A stretch of DNA of 64,000 bases from Dipteris shenzhenensis (Eukaryota), in assembly GCA_047967505.1 (NCBI GenBank), contig CM106538.1; one strand, written 5' to 3'. The translations under genes and the position numbers were made by a program. Below the pieces are notes generated by a model. The model had not been told where the DNA came from. It searched no databases and worked only from the letters and a program-made list of their open reading frames with translations. Positions 61,141 to 64,000 of the stretch are shown here, piece by piece. How positions within the stretch are numbered: the stretch's first letter is position 1; each line of letters starts with the position of its first letter.

Positions 61141-64000
61141 TAAGGAGGTGCGTATTCAAATGGCCAAAAGCATGATCCAAGGGAAGTACAAGGTCTGGAG
61201 CTCAGGGAAGACTATGACTTCAATATCGAAGGTAAGTCGACAGTGCCAGATGCAACGATCAAAGCACTTTGAATAGTCGTCGAAGGACGAAGGCTCTAAA
61301 TGACCCCTCAAAATGAATCAACAGTTGGGGTTTAACGAAGATGAAAAGGTCAACATTGAGACGCGAATCAACAAAGCAAGACCAAGGGAGGTAATCGGGA
61401 GATCAAGTGTGTCCTCGAGGTACATCGTGGAGAGCGAAATTGAGAACTCTATTCCAGCTGTGCCAGACAACTCGCAAATGCACTAACAGCACCGACATGC
61501 ATCACATCTGACAACAAGATTGGGCCAGCCTAGTAAGGACATTAGCAAGGTGCACAGCCCTCCAGTCTTAATAAGGAGAGGGGAATGAGACATGCAAATG
61601 GGCATCAGGGTAGGAAACGACAGCGAGGCTGTGAATTAACTATGCGCATTCAGTGGTCAATGGCACCCAAGGGGAGAGGGAGCCTATACAATTAGTTTCA
61701 AGAAGAAAACTTTAAGAGGACGACGAACAATCACCCACCTCAATCTCCACAACCTTTAAATCTTCTCGCTCACCCTCCTACCCAAAGCAAACCCCATAGC
61801 ATGTATCACAAATAAGGTCGCCAATTGAGACAGACATAACTTCTGGCAATTCCTAACAGAGTAGATGAAACTAAAAACACTGGGTACGAGCATGGCGAGG
61901 GAGTTGGTGCAGAAAGCACTCAAGGCGAAGGAAGGCCACCTAATTAACTGGGTAGTGTTCATCACAACGTAACTAAAAATTCAATGGAAAAGGGTGCATA
62001 GGGCAGCACTTTTCAGGGCACACTTGAGCTTGTTGGCACGAAGTGACAATGAGTTCGAAATGATCTCGCTCGCACCGAAGCCCCCGACCCTCTTGGATAA
62101 CTTGTTCGGGGAGTTACCACCTTGAGAAAACACAAACGATGACAAGGCCCCAACTAAAGGCCCTGTAGCCGCACCTGAAACACTCGAGCCAACACCACAA
62201 TTGCAACCAACAAGTTGAATACATTCAAAAGGTATGCCTTGGAAGTTGAGAGAGAGAACAAGAAGAAGAAGAAGAAGAGAGATAAAGGGGGAGAAAAAAA
62301 TAGTTGCTATTGAAGAAGAAGAAGAAGAAGAGAGAGAGAAAGGGGGATTTAAAAATGGGGACAAAATAGCAAACACCAATTGGATGAGGACAAAATTACA
62401 ACGCCAAAAATAGCACTTTATCATCTCCACCAAAACCAACCCATCAGTATAGCCTTTCCTACGGGTAGGCCAAAAACGATCGTTGGTACCTCAATCGTCA
62501 CCAAGCAACCCACTCCATTGCCGAGGATGACGTTGCGAGCCTGGAAGCCAACATGATCCACCCCAGAGGAGCCACAGGAGGGGACATACAGTGTCCCCGT
62601 GTTCCCGCCCTTCCTATGTGGACACAAACTTGGGGAAACGTTGGCGCTCGAGATGAACTAGGCGTGCAAAATGTGGTTTGCTTCATGATAGATCACTTCC
62701 TCCCACCAGCAGTCGCATGCTACCATTATGTTACTAATCACAGAGATTGGAAGAAGAGAACAAAACTCTCTAGGCGATGTTCGTCTCTTACATCCGCAAA
62801 CCAAAAGTTCTAGCAAGATGATGCTAAGAAGACTCAAGTAACCAACGAAGGCCACCGCAATGTTCGAAGACGACGAAGCCAAGGCAGAGGTCACATGCCT
62901 AGAAGACAAACTCAAGAAAATGAAGTAGGAAGGCCATAGAAGGAGGAAGTAAGCAAGGGAGGCTTGAGCAATCTAGCAGCAGAGTCAACAAAGAAAACCT
63001 CAACAAACTAATGTTCAGCTAACACCGCAGATAAAATCTTGAAAGGAATTTACTAGCAGAGAGACACATAGCAGCAGTTAGTAGAAGATCTGTTGTAACA
63101 ATAGCATAAGACTAGGCATATGTAAGGTAAATAGTAAATTTTACACCCAAAAATAAATTTTTATTATTATCAACTTAAGCCATGCAAGATTGGTCCCATG
63201 AAAGTTTACTTGGTCATTTGTGGGAACACATCTATTTTGGAAACTCCAATGATATTGAGAATATAACTTTTGAGAATGATAAGATGATATCCAATCCGAT
63301 AATCTCAAACGTAGGTTTTTTTAAGTAGATTAATCCTTAATAATTGATCCGATAGTCATGCGTGGATCCATAAAGAGGCATCAAGTGAATGTTCTATTTG
63401 ATAATGCAACTACTCACAATTTTATTGATTTCTCTGGTGCAAGAGTTGAAGCTGCCTATGGTGCGTAATGACCACTCTTCTGTGTGGTGAAGTTTTCTTG
63501 AGGGGATTTTGAGCATTTGGATCGTAGTGTACCTACAACTCCTTTATGAATTCATGAATATGAAGAGAATCTTTTCTTTTATCATGTTTGAAAATGAATC
63601 TCATAGATGTAAATTGTTTGGCAAAGAATGGTTCTTTCAATGGAACCTCATGTGGGTTACACTATTTTCTTTTCTACGTGCAGTTAGCATGTTACTGTAG
63701 AAGCTTACCCCATGGCCCTATGCCATAGTGTGTTAATAATGACAATTAGCTTTTATTGTATGATGCTCTGATGCCGTTATTCTTTATTAGTTGAATGGAT
63801 TTTGGTTGAATAATGCATGAACTTGATGTTATAGCTCATGTTTGTTTAATAAAATCAAGTTGTAAAACTATCTTTGCAATGCTAAAAATAGTTATTTTTA
63901 ATGCATTAATGAAGCAATTCATTTCGAAATTTGAACTGTTAATGTAGTAATATTGAATTTTTTGATAGCCATAATTCTTTTTTGCATGATGGAATTGAAA

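Overview
Eukaryotic, almost certainly land-plant, nuclear DNA dominated by nested transposable elements. The TE mix hints at a fern or lycophyte, but that is a weak inference. There is one clear host gene: an intronless AP2/ERF DREB-type transcription factor at 54175-54750, with G-box, ABRE and DRE motifs upstream. Well-delimited elements: (1) three short gag-only (no pol) Copia-type LTR elements from two families, each with LTRs, tRNA-iMet PBS, PPT and 5-bp TSD (4837-7481, 48532-51077, 56304-58760); (2) a 9.5-kb CACTA/EnSpm element (10427-19961, TSD AAA) inserted in a Gypsy RT domain; (3) a 486-bp MITE with an 8-bp TSD (50440-50925). Degenerate remnants include several Gypsy and Copia pieces, a probable Sola2-like DDD transposase, a DUF6570/Helentron-type Rep and a LINE endonuclease. 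Most notable: Gag shows apparent purifying selection in the pol-less family (14 synonymous, 0 non-synonymous differences over a 58-codon block). The CACTA has TnpD and TnpA head-to-head, a third internal cluster of its palindromic subterminal repeat between them, and a hairpin-rich satellite in a predicted TnpA intron. All coordinates were read by eye; family names come from recalled motifs, not database searches.
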